DNA of 64,000 bases from Squalus acanthias (Eukaryota): contig CM059431.1 in the NCBI GenBank assembly GCA_030390025.1, positions 133,364,001-133,428,000 on the forward strand, written 5' to 3'. The notes beneath the pieces were generated by a model that searched no databases, was not told the DNA's origin, and saw nothing but the letters and a program-made list of their open reading frames with translations. Shown here piece by piece: positions 35,188 through 46,278 of this stretch. The translations under genes were made by a program, and so were the position numbers. Numbering within the stretch: the first letter of the stretch is position 1; each line of letters opens with the position of its first letter.

Positions 35188-38100
35188 GCTTGGCAGCAAA
35201 ATGGATTACAGGTCTCTCCAGGCTGAGATTCAAGGCTGCAATGAGCAGGGTGTGGCTGGGGAGCAAGTGGCCCCCCCCGCTTTAAGAAGTGTCCGGCGCC
35301 AGTGTGTCTGTGTTCCCTCGCTAACTGGCAGCAGCTGCGCTGCGCTCGTGCGCTGAGGTAGCGCCTCACTCCTAGGCCTTTGCGCCTTAAGAGAGGTGTG
35401 CAGCGCCTAATTTAGCGCTCCACTCACCTCCCGGGGCGGTAAAAGTGAAGTTTCCTGTCAGTGCCGATAATTAGCGCCAGGCGCTAATATTTGCGCGCGG
35501 ACGATATTTGCGCCCCAAATGGGGCGCGACCTAATTTCTACCCCTATGACTCTAGACTCTAAGGTGGTGGATGGGGTGCCAATCAAACGGGCTGCTTTGT
35601 CCTGGATGGTGTCGAGCTTCTTGAGTGTTGTTGGAGCTGCACTCATCCAGGCAAGTGGAGAGTATTCCATCACACTCCTGACTTGTGCCTTGTACATGGT
35701 GGAAAGGCTTTGGGGAGTCAGGAGGTGAGACACTCGCCGTAGAATACCTAGCCTCTGACCTGCTCTTGTTGCTACTGTATTTATGTGACTGGTCCAATTA
35801 AGTTTCTGGTCAATGGTGACCCCCCAGGATGTTGATGGTGGGGGATTCGGTGATGGTAATGCCATTGAATGTCAAGGGGAGGTGGTTAGACTCTCGCTTG
35901 TTGGAGATAGTCATTGCCTGGCACTTGTGTGGCGCAAATGTTACCTGCCACTTATCAGCCCAAGCCTGAATGTTGTCCAGATCTTGTTGAATGCGGGCAT
36001 GGACTGCTTCATTATCTGAGGAGTTGCAAATGGCGCTGAACACTATGCTGTCATCAGCTAGTAACTTGTAGCAAGGAAGAGCTACCCCGTGAATTGCGGA
36101 GTGCCATAAGTCGATTTGCACTGCTCCGCCGTCACCGTTAATTTCATGAAGTTGCTGCACTTGCAGATTAGTTGTCCATTAAACTTGTCCCAGAAAGTTA
36201 AGGCTGGTAATTAACAGGGTAAATACCTTTTTAACGATGTGATAATTGTTAATGATTGCCAATCAACCTCTCTTGCCTCTTTTGCCCAGAAAGTGAGCAA
36301 TTATAAGTGTGGAGTCTCATTCCTTCAGGTTGTGAATTGTTTTTGGAGATTTCATCTTTCTTAATGCAATCTTTCTTTCCCTCTCTTTGGGAGCGATTTT
36401 AACCCTACTCGCTCAGCAGAAACCTGGCGGGTGGTCAAAAAGCCTGTCCATTTAACAATGTGGTAACTGTTAATTACTGCCAGTCAACCTCTCAGGCACT
36501 GAAAATGAACTATTACAAGTGCGGAGTCTCATTCCTTCAGGTTTTAACTGTTGTTGGAGATTTTAAAAATGTAACATTTGAAATTAAAAAAAACTTTTTC
36601 TTACTTTTCCTTCCTGTCTTTTTTCCTCTCTCTCTCTCTTAATCCAATCTTTCTTTCCCTCTGTTTATTTTTCTTTCTGTACCTGATTTGACATTGAATT
36701 CACCCACTCTAATTTACACTTCCTTCTCAGTCCTTGCGCTGTTAATTTCACAATCCTCCAATCTGATTGTTTAAAGAGATACACAGTTGCTTTCCCTGTT
36801 CACTCAGGTCCCAGATGCCCTGCTACGATGTACTTTCAGCAACTTGCCACACCAAAAATTTAAAAAGCTAAACGTGCAAGGGAAGTCTCACTAATGGCAG
36901 ATGCCGTTAGATGCCCTGCTATGGCAAATTATGGCCCATTGAATTCACCCACTCTAATTGACCCTTCTTCTCAGTATTCCTCTGTTTATTTCTCAATCCT
37001 TTAATCTCATTGGTTAAGGAGATACTCTGTTTGTTTCATTGTTCACCAAGGTCCCAGATTCCCTGTTGCCCTCACTGCGCCGTTATTAGCTCGCACTTCT
37101 AGCAACTTTGTGGGTAAAAAATGTTAAAACCTAAACATGCACAAACAAGTCTAACAGGGCACGACGCGAGATCCCCACTCCAGCAAAATCTGGCCCAATA
37201 CTGTATTACCACAAAAGTTTGACATTCTATTTGAAACACTGGATTTGATCAATGCATGCGTATTGTTGCAGTTGAACTCATCCATGTCAGTGGCTCCTGA
37301 CTGTTGAGTGCTTCTGTGTCTCAGATTCTCTTGGCTCACGTTGGCACAAAGTAGCACTGGTGGAAGTTACAGAACAGAAAATATGGTTGTTTAAAGGGAA
37401 ATTATTAAGGGGAGGATGAGATAATGAGAATTTACTGCTCTTATCTTTAACTTATGTCTTGCGACTACCAGTGGATCAAGGTTGATGCACAATATTTGTA
37501 GTTTAGCCAATACGTCCAGCAATGATTATGTTCTGAATAAACAAGGAGTTAAGGCTACTTACAGGAGGGCTATCACAGTAATGTTAGGTCACATATTGTG
37601 ATCTTTACAACGCCACCTGCATGTGCAACACCCATTGTATGTTGCGACCACTTTTAATAGTATATAGATAAATTTTTTAAAAGACATGTCAATCGCTATG
37701 GTGATTCTGCACAGCTCTGTACTGACTGGTCTCTTGCTAATGTGAGCACTATATATCTTCATTCAAGTGTGATATATTGGGCTTGCAGCTTTTTTTCTAT
37801 GCTATGATTTCGGTATTTAAAACATAGATTGTTGCCCTGTAATCAACAACTAGAATCAACTAATGCTGCATGACTAAAAAAAAGTTTAGATTGTCTCCAT
37901 TCATACGTTGAGAATCAATTCAGCTGTTCTGAGATAAATCATTTTTCATATCTTGTGGATAACCAGGAAACAAGCAAAAATAAACCAAAATCCCCAATCC
38001 AGATACTGTGGAGCTGAACATTCACCCTGTGTATATTTGCATAATTTATCGGATATAACATGCAACAAAAGAGTTCTTTATTTTGCTTAGCAAATTCTGA

Positions 38101-38809
38101 AACTATCTCTGTGCTTGAAGTAAACATTCCTGTAGTAGCTGTTACACCAGAAATATAAAAACTTGTTTCTGCCCATCTCTTCTGAAGACTTTGCCTCATA
38201 CTGGGGTACTGTTCCACATGCTTCAGCATCCTTCCAGGACTTTGCACAAGTGGCTATTCTTCACGTGTGAGCCTAGACAGTGAGGGCTGGATTTTGCCAG
38301 GCCCGAGGAGGCGGGTTTGAAGGCGGGTCAGGTGGGAAAGTTGCCAAAAATGGCGTCGGGCTCTGATCCCGCCTCCAACCCGCCTCTGAGCAACTTTCCC
38401 AAATGCAGGCTTTCAGACCCCGTTTCGGTCCCGCCTCCAAGAGACGGGATAGGCCCTTAAGGCACTTAACAACCACTTAAGTGCCTCTATAATGCCATTT
38501 TGAGAGGCCTTTCTGAGTTTAACACATTTCCCACATGCTGCACGTCTCCCTGGAACACGCCAGTTAATCCTGGCGGGCTCACAAGTGGATGGCTTACTAA
38601 CAGCTGCAGCTCCAGCATAAAAAAGGAGCTTTCAACAATGATCATTTGCAGGTGGCAGAACTTTCTTTTCTCAGGTCTGGGAGAACTTTTTGCATGCCTA
38701 CTCATTTTGGAAGTTTTGAAGCTGAGAGCCATCTCCACTGTGACCTCCTGGGAAACCCCTCTCCCCACCTTGACTGAGTGCTTCCTCAACTGAGGTATAT
38801 ACCTGCAGC

Positions 38810-40022
38810 ATGGGAACCATTTATTTCCTTTCCTCCTGGACCTCAGATTTGGACGAAGACCAGCCGCGGCAGCAGCAGAACCTGGAACAACAGCAGCACC
38901 AACAGCAGGAGCAATAACAGGAACGCCAACCTGCTGCTCCCCCACCTGAAGCTGCACAGGCCAGAAGGTGCCAGCGCAGTGAAGGACATCGCCGCAGGAG
39001 ATACCCCCAAAACACGGTTTACAGACAGAGGATGAGCTACCTCAACATGACTGAGCAGCAGTGCCAAAGGAGGCCCAGACTTTCGCGAGAGGTAGTGGGT
39101 GACATCTGCGCAATGCTGCAGCAAGACCTGGAGCCCAGTGGAGCGGGTGGACACCCCTTACCAGTGGCCGTCAAAGTCACCACCGCACTCAACTTTTTTG
39201 CTTCAGGCTCATTCCAGGGATCAACAGCAGACATTAGCGGCATCTCCCAGGCGGCCGCACACAATTGCATCATGCAGGTAACCGATGCCCTCTTTGCCAA
39301 CGCGTACAATTACTTCAACTTCTCCAAGGATCAAGCAAGTGCAACAGCGCATGCGGTTGGATTTGCTAATCTGGCAGGCTTTCCAAGGGTGCAGGGCGTC
39401 GTAGACTGCACACATTAAGGCACCCCATCACAATCCAAGGGCTTCCACTCCCTTAACTTACAGCTAGTGTGTAACCACAATAAGGAAATTTTACATGTTT
39501 GCGCCAAGTACCCTGGCAGTTGCCATGACTCCTTCATCCTGCGGCAGTCTAGTGTTCCTCCATTCTTCAGTCTGCCAGACCAACTTTGCGGATGGCTACT
39601 TGGAGACAAGGGCTATCCCCTGAAGACGTGGCTAATGACACCATTGAGGAGGCCCATCCAACAAAGCTGAGGAGCGCTACAACTCCAGCCACATTTCCAC
39701 CAGATCCATTATCGAGCCAACCATCGGCTTGCTGAAGATGCGTCTCAGATGCCTTGATAGATCAGGTGGAGCCCTGCAGTACTCAGCAGTCAGGGTCTCC
39801 AGAATCGTCATGGTCTGCTGTGCACTTCACAACATGGCACAGCATCGTGGCTTGCAGCTGCCTGAGGTACAAGTGGCTCATCGCATAGCCTCCTCAGATG
39901 AGGAGGAGGAGGAGAGTGACAACAAACAGCTTGTGGAGGCGCATCAACCAGCGGCAGCAGCACGCGAGAACATTGCTGCCCGGGATGCAAGGGGGGCACT
40001 GATCTTGGCCAGATTTGCTTAG
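38810..40022 (+). pseudogene. Harbinger transposase, frameshifted
   Basis: Fragments [33 protein letters not shown] and LKMRLRCLDRSGG are split across separate ORFs. Confidence 0.9.
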
Positions 40023-40280
40023 GCTGCCCAATCAAACACATTTGCCTCGCACCTTCTTACCACACCATCGACAATGGACAAGAACCTACGGCTTCCTATC
40101 ACTCTGACCACCATACTGACAATTCCAAGTCACCCTGAGCCCTCAATGTGGAAGTCCCATTTGCAAAATGACACAGCTCACAACTTCAACAGTTTGCCAT
40201 CAAGTCATTTTATAACATTAATTCATGGATGGCATTTCACAATTAAACACAACAGAACACCCAAGTGACTACTCTTGTGA

Positions 40281-42273
40281 CTACGTGTGCATTATCTTCC
40301 TCTTATGCGTGCTCCTACGTGGTGCTTCCCCTGTGGCTTCAGCAGATGTGGAGGCCCGTTGCTCACTTTCATGCTGCTCCTGCCTCGACACCTTTGGCGG
40401 GCGTCCTCTGGGGTTGCGAGCCTGTGAGGGCTCGCCAACAGTCTGCAGCTCCTGCAGCTGTGCAGTGGCTGAGACGCCGATCTCAGTTGGGTGGGGACTC
40501 TGGTGGGGCTCTGACCGAGGGCTTTGCAGTGGCATGGCTGTGTGAGCGCTTGGAGAGGAGCCCCCACTTCCTTGTTCTCTGCCACCAACATCCCTCTCAT
40601 GGGTCAGCCCCACTTCAGAGCTAGCAAGTGCCTTAACAGCACCTTGCTGCACTTCAGGGGGGCCATGAGGACCTGTTTCTGCACTGGCAGTCCTACTCCA
40701 GAGGACTTCCATGAAGGTCGGGTTTCTCTGCTCAATAGCTGACCATCGCTCCTCCAGAGATGTCAATCTATTCTGAACAATGACCATGCTTTCAAGACCC
40801 TGGCGACTTAGCTCCTCCATGGCCATCGCCATCCTCTCCTCTACCGTAGCCATCCTCTCCTCTACGGTAGCCATCCTTACCATGGAGTTAGCCATCCTTT
40901 GCACGGAGGTTGCCATCCTTTTCATTCATGCGCCAATGCCTCCACAAAGGCTCTGCTCATGTTAGCGATGGACTCCTCCATCCGCTCCACACTTGCAGCG
41001 ACCCTGGAGACAAAACCTGCCAGAGACTCCTGCACCTGTTCCTGGAGTTCCAGCACCGCTCTCCACCTGGATGGACCTGGAGGCATAGGGTCGACATGCA
41101 GCTGAGCCGAGCTGGGAGGGTCCTGCACCCTCCGACGAGGACTCTCCACTGCTGTCCCTATCTCCACCATCTGCTGATGCTCACTTGTGAGCTGTGATAC
41201 ACCAGGTGACAACACTACTCTGTGTTCCGAAGGTCCCAGGTGTGAGTGTCTGCGCTGGTGCTGGGTGCGCTGAATTCTGCTGACGCTACGCCCTCAGAGG
41301 TTGCAGCTTCCTCTGAGGAGTCTTGAAGCTCAGGCTGTTCCTCCTGGACAGTGGGGAGGGGGGCTGTCGATGGTCCTGTGGGGGAGTAAAGGAAAGAGTT
41401 AGACATGTGAGGTAAAGGTTGCATGCACATTGAATTGTGCAGATGATCATAAGTCAATCTGTTAGAGCATTAGAATCAAGATCAGTCACTCATGCAATGT
41501 CAATGAGAGAGATGAAAAACTATTCTGTCACCAGCTTGCTCTGATGTGCCCGTCTGTCTGTCCCCCACTTGCGCATCCTCCTCGACTCCCATGACCTCCA
41601 GGGCTGCCTCCTCTGCACTGGTGAGCTGGGCTATTGAGGGTGGTCATCCTCCTGTCTTCGCCCTTTCCCTCTTATTGTGGGCTCTCTTTTCCTGCAATGA
41701 TGGACTCAAGTGGAGTTTGAGTGAGAATGAAGCAGTGAGTGTAGAGAATCCTTAGCATCGATGCTTAGAAGGACACAAAGATGGAGTGAGGTCCCAAGAC
41801 CAAGGCCCTCCCTATGTGTTGTAAGTTGTTGTCATAGCATAACAGTGATAGGGAGTGTCAGGGCTGCATAGTCGAATAGTTACGTGAATGTGAACATACA
41901 GAGAGAGGGAATGGTTAAGGGTGCAGGGATGTAAGGGTCAAGTGGGATGTGGAGGAGGAGGTTGACGATGAAGAGTGCTGGTGATGAGAGGCGATGGGGA
42001 GCAGATTGAGAGTCATGGTGATGTAATACTCACTTTGCCTGTGCGGAGAAGATCATGAAACCTCTTTCTGCACTGCAGCCATGTTCTGCTGCACATTGAG
42101 ATGGCACTGACCTCCTGTGCCACTTGCAGCCACACAGCTTTGGTCTGCTGGGGAGGTTTTTTCCTCCCAGAAGAAGGAAACAGCACTTCCTTATGAGCTC
42201 TTGCTCCCTCCTCCAGAGCTTGGAGGGAGTCCTCATCAAAGCGGGCTGCGCACTTGGGTCTTGAGCTTGCCAT
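40281..42273 (-). pseudogene. Harbinger Myb/SANT partner gene, 3 exons (42273-42034, 41691-41532, 41375-40281), with stops
   Basis: Exon 1 ARFDEDSLQAL..WLQVAQEV..RTWLQCRKRFHDL|GTGAGT; exon 2 EKRAHNKRERAKTGG*; exon 3 heptad-rich. Confidence 0.82.
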
Positions 42274-42849
42274 GTTTGCACCACTAATCCCTCAGAAGTC
42301 TCAGCAAAAAAGTTGTGATGGCAGAAAATGAACCAAGGCTGCTTGCAGGCCTTAAATGCAGCTGCATAGATGATGTCATCAGAGGCGAGTTTCAGGACCA
42401 AAAGACTCATTGGGCCAGGGGTTCCCACACGCTGGAAATCAAGTGCCCAATTAGGGCAAAATCGTCCCGCCTCACATCGGAGGCGGGGGCGGGACCCGCC
42501 AACCACCTGACCCGCCCCCAACCCACCCCCAATAACAAAATCCAGCTCTGAGTGTCAGTCGGGTGTTTGTCTGTGTGTGTATCGTAACTAAGCCCATTCC
42601 TGTATTCAGCTGAGTGTACACATGCATAGGGTTGCAAAATGAGCAGTCGTAGATCGGCCGCCTGTTATACACCCTGCTTGAGTTTCCTTTCCATTGAAGT
42701 CAGATTTTAACCTTATATTTTTTAGCAGGGATGGCTGAATGTTGATCAGTAGCGAGAACCATGTCTGAGTTTCTTCCTTTTCCTTCTCACCACTCTCCAC
42801 TCCTCAAGCCATGGAAGGAGAGTTTGAAGGGTTGACCAAAAGTTTGGTT

Positions 42850-43250
42850 GAAAAGATAGGTTAAAAGGTTCTAAATGTGAAAAGAGAAGTGGAGAGGCAG
42901 AGACATTTAGGGATGGAATTGAATAGAGTAGTGCCGATGTGGCAGAAGGCACTGTCATCAATGAAGGGGGAAGGAAAGTGTACATAAAAGTAAAAGGAGT
43001 GATGTTCATGGGAGAGGCTATAAAAGTGAAGGAGTTTTCAGCGATAAGGTGTGACAAGGTCATTGAGGGATTTGAAGACAAGGATCAGGATTGTGACAAG
43101 GAGCCAGAGTAGGTCAGCAATGACAGGTGCGATGGACAAGTGGTACTTAGTGTAGGACAGTTTACAGGTGGCCAAATTTTGGATAAATTGGGTTTTATAG
43201 AGGGAAAGGAAGTCAGACCAAGGGAGAATTGGAGGAATCAAATTTAGAGG
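42850..43250 (-). mobile_element. Old L2-like LINE 3' relic
   Basis: QFIQNLAT..IAPVIADLLWL..ILILVFKSLNDL resembles the L2 ORF2 C-terminus. Confidence 0.55.
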
Positions 43251-43263
43251 GGACAAAAGTTTG

Positions 43264-45889
43264 AACATCCCGGCTGTAGTGCTGAAGACTAGTGCTCCTG
43301 AACGAGCCGTGCCTCTAGCCAAGCTGTTCCAGTACAGCTACAACACTGGCATCTACCTGACAATGTAGAAAACTGCCCAGTTATGTCCTGTCCACAAAAA
43401 GCAGGACAAATTCAATCCGGCCAATTACCGCCCCATCAGTCTACTCTCAATCATCAGCAAAGTGATGGAAGGTGTTGTCAACAGAGCTATCAAGCAACAC
43501 TTACTCACCAATAACCTGCTCACCGATGCTCAGTTCAGATTCCGCCAGGACCACTCAGCTCCAGACCTCATTACAGCCTTGGTCCAAACATGGACAAAAG
43601 AGCTGAATTACAGAGGTGAGGTGAGAGTGACTGCCTTTGACATCAAGGCAGCATTTGACCGAGTGTGGCAACAAGGAGCCCTAGTAAAATTAAAGTCAAT
43701 GGGAATCAGGGGGAAAACTCTCCACTGGCTGGAGTCATACCTAGCACAAAGGAAGATGGTCGTGGTTGTTGGAGGTCAATCATCTCAGCCCCAGGACATC
43801 ACTGCAGGAGTTCCTCAGGGCAGTGTCCGAGGCCCAACCATCTTCAGCTGCTTCCTCAATGACCTTCCCTCCATCATAAGGTCAGAAGTGGGGATGTTCG
43901 GTTCCATTCGCAACTCCTCAGATAATGAAGCAGTTTATGCCCGCATGCAGCAAGACCTGGATGACATTCAGGCTTGGGCTGATAAGTGGCAAGTAACATT
44001 CGTGCCACACAAGTACCAGGCAATGGCTATCTCCAACAAGTGAGCATCTAACCACCGCCACTTGACATGCAACGACATAATCATCACCGAATCCACCACC
44101 ATCAACATCCTGAGGGTCACCATTGACCAGAAACTTAACTGGACCAGCCACATATATACTGTGGCAACAAGAGCAAGTCAGAGACTGGGTATTCTGTGGC
44201 AAGTGTCTCACCTCCTGACTCCCCAAAGCCTTTCCACCATTTACAAGGCACAAGTAATGAGTGTGAATGAATACTCTCCACTTGCCTGGATGAGTGCAGC
44301 TTCCAACAACTCAAGAAGCTCAACACCATACAGGACAAAGCAGCCTGCTTGATTGGCAGCCCATCCACCACCTTAAACATTCACTCCCTCCACCACCGGC
44401 GTACCGTGGCTGCAGTGTGTACCATCTACAAGATGCACTGCAGCAACTCGCCAAGGCTTCTTCGGCAACACCTCCCAAACCCACGACCTCTACCACCTAG
44501 AAGGATAAGGGCAGCAGACGCATGGGAACACCATCACCTGCAAGTTCTCCTCCAAGTTACACACCATCCTGACTTGGAAATATATCGCCGATCCTTCATC
44601 GTCGCTGGGTCAAAATCCTGGAACTCCCTCCCTAACAGCACTGTGGGAGCACCGTCACCACACAGACTGCAGCGGTTCAAGAAGGTGGCTCACCACCACC
44701 TTCTCAAGGGCAATTAGGGATGGGCAAAAAATGTTTGCCTTGCCAGCAATGCCTGTGAAGGAATAAGTTATATAACCTATTCAGAAAAATACACTATCTT
44801 ATGAAAGAATTCTGGCCTTCTTAAAACATGACAAACTGAGTTTGGAAATTTAGAAACCTAACTATGAAATAGCTATGAAAGCATTCTGGCTATTGGGATA
44901 AGATAGTTGTTGACCCTGAATAAATACCCTTATTGAAACAGAAGGTGAAGGGCTCCGACAAGCTAAACTTTTGGGAACAAAACAATGGTTCACCCTGGAT
45001 AAGGTGTTCTAATTTACACTTCGTAAAGAAGTACATAAAGTAAGGAACACCTGCCGTCACGCTGTTTTTTATATGGTAAACTTAGAACACCTAGAGATGA
45101 GACATGATTCTGTAATGCTACCAGCTGATGTGGCAGTAAGAATTGCAGAGGTCGGCAGAAAGATGACTAGAGATAATTAGCTTGCATCAGCAGAAAACCT
45201 TAAAGGAAATACCACTGGAAAAGGGTATAAATATTGAACTCTCAAATGGGATAACAGACTCGCTTTAATCGGGCAAAGCTTCAGAGGTGGCTCTGTAGTC
45301 TCCAACTCTTTGTACCTCGGGGATCAAAGGTATTTGATATTGGTGGATATCCTGCCTGTATAAGAACTTTAAGAACTGTAATATTGTAGCGAAGTTAAGA
45401 TTTAAAAGTAAGATTCTCTGATAATAAGATAGCATTTTTTCTCTTTTTGGAACTGTTAATGCTGCAGTTGACTCACCAACTGTAAATTGCATGTTGGTTC
45501 TTTAATAAATCTATATATTTTTAGAATGATCTCACATAAGACTTCTGTATCAAAAACTCGCAAACTCAATCTCTGTACACTCTTTGGTGAGGAATTGCAG
45601 AATTCTGGGGGAGTTTTCCGGACCCTCATAATATCCAGAACGTTACAGTCTAGCTAAACTTATTAAAAGCGTTATCTGGAGGATGGTAACATTCTTGGGT
45701 TGTTCCTTTCCTTTAGGGAGAGATAGCCCGGACCTTTAGACCCAATTAAGCATCTTTAGGATTCGGCTACCTCAAGCTTTAGTTGAAAGTGAACGTCTGA
45801 GAAATATGCCTGATCCGGGGTAGCCCTAAAGGGGCTAGGACTAGTAAATACCCCTTCATGCCCACATCCCAGGAACGAATAAAAAAAAA
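43264..45889 (+). mobile_element. 5'-truncated LINE-B (43264-44753 plus 45859-45889); FADD motif deleted
   Basis: Homologous to 3961-5475. A 21-bp deletion lies between TGTTC repeats at ~43900. The tail is interrupted by an LTR-like insertion. Confidence 0.9.
44754..45858 (+). mobile_element. Solo-LTR-like insertion (1105 bp)
   Basis: TGTGAAGG...CCTTCA ends; 4-bp TSD TGCC (44750-53, 45859-62); TATAAA at 45226; AATAAA at 45504. Confidence 0.85.
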
Positions 45890-45890
45890 C

Positions 45891-46278
45891 TTTGCAGCCA
45901 ATGAATTACTTATTGAAGTGTAGGCACTGTTGTTTTGTAGGCAAATATGGCAGAGTTCCACAAACAGCAATGAGGTTAATGATCAGTTAATCTGTTTACT
46001 TTAGTGGTGTTGGTTGAGAGATAAATGTTGCCCAGAATACTGGGAGCAATCGCCTGCTCTTTGAATAGTGCCATGGGAATTTTTATGTCCACATGAGAGG
46101 TCATATGGGTCTCTGTTTAACTTCTCAGCTGAAATACAGTATCTGAACAATGCAGTTCTACCCTCAGTACTGGCCTGACGTGTTAACATGGATTATGTGT
46201 TCAAGTCCTGGCCTGGGGCTTGAACTCACAATCTTCTGACTCAGTGGTCGAGAGTTCTATCACTGAGCCAAGGCTGAT
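45891..46278 (-). mobile_element. tRNA-derived Deu-domain SINE (SacSINE1-like), degenerate
   Basis: A box TGGCTCAGTGA (46270-60), B box GAGTTCAAGCC (46227-17) and a Deu-like core (CAGTACTGAGGG..GTGGACATAAAAATTCCCATGGCACTATT). Confidence 0.7.

Larger units (their letters stand above)
31201..35544. mobile_element. Apparently intact autonomous PIF/Harbinger transposon (4344 bp)
   Basis: TIRs GGGGTAAAAATT / AATTTCTACCCC; TAT TSD (31198-200, 35545-47). Two convergent uninterrupted genes. Confidence 0.95.
25275..35559 (+). mobile_element. Full-length CR1 LINE (body 25275-30458; 3' microsatellite tail interrupted by two Harbingers)
   Basis: 8-bp TSD TAAGGTGG (25267-74, 35560-67). Contains 5' repeat array, UTR, ORF1, ORF2 and a (CTCTATGA)n tail. 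Confidence 0.92.
24851..36058 (-). mobile_element. LINE-B 3' half (24851-25274 and 35560-36058), split by a full-length CR1
   Basis: Reverse complement of ~4572-5470, interrupted at TAAGGTGG. Confidence 0.88.
24778..37196. mobile_element. Non-autonomous TIR element expanded by ~11 kb of nested insertions
   Basis: TIRs GGGCTAGACTTTGCT / AGCAAAATCTGGCCC; AAT TSD (24775-77, 37197-99). Arms are contiguous across 24847/36058 by comparison with the 22153 copy. Confidence 0.75.
38284..42548. mobile_element. Full-length decayed Harbinger (family B)
   Basis: TIRs GGGCTGGATTTTG / CAAAATCCAGCTC; TGA TSD (38281-83, 42549-51). Convergent transposase and Myb genes. Confidence 0.92.

Noticed and set aside
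16630..36058. Large inversion splitting one LINE-B (plus-strand half ends GGGATGTTCG at 16630; minus-strand half starts GCTGATGAC at 36058)
   Set aside because: The minus-strand half sits inside a TIR element whose arms are collinear with a matching AAT TSD, which such an inversion would have disrupted. The similar break at ~43900 is explained by TGTTC microhomology. Treated as coincidence.
37939..38247. 102-aa minus-strand ORF in non-repetitive-looking DNA
   Set aside because: No recognisable motif, non-ATG start preceded by an in-frame stop, and no convincing splice pair.
46210..46278. tRNA gene
   Set aside because: The A/B boxes belong to a SINE head continuous with a Deu-like body; no complete cloverleaf is evident.
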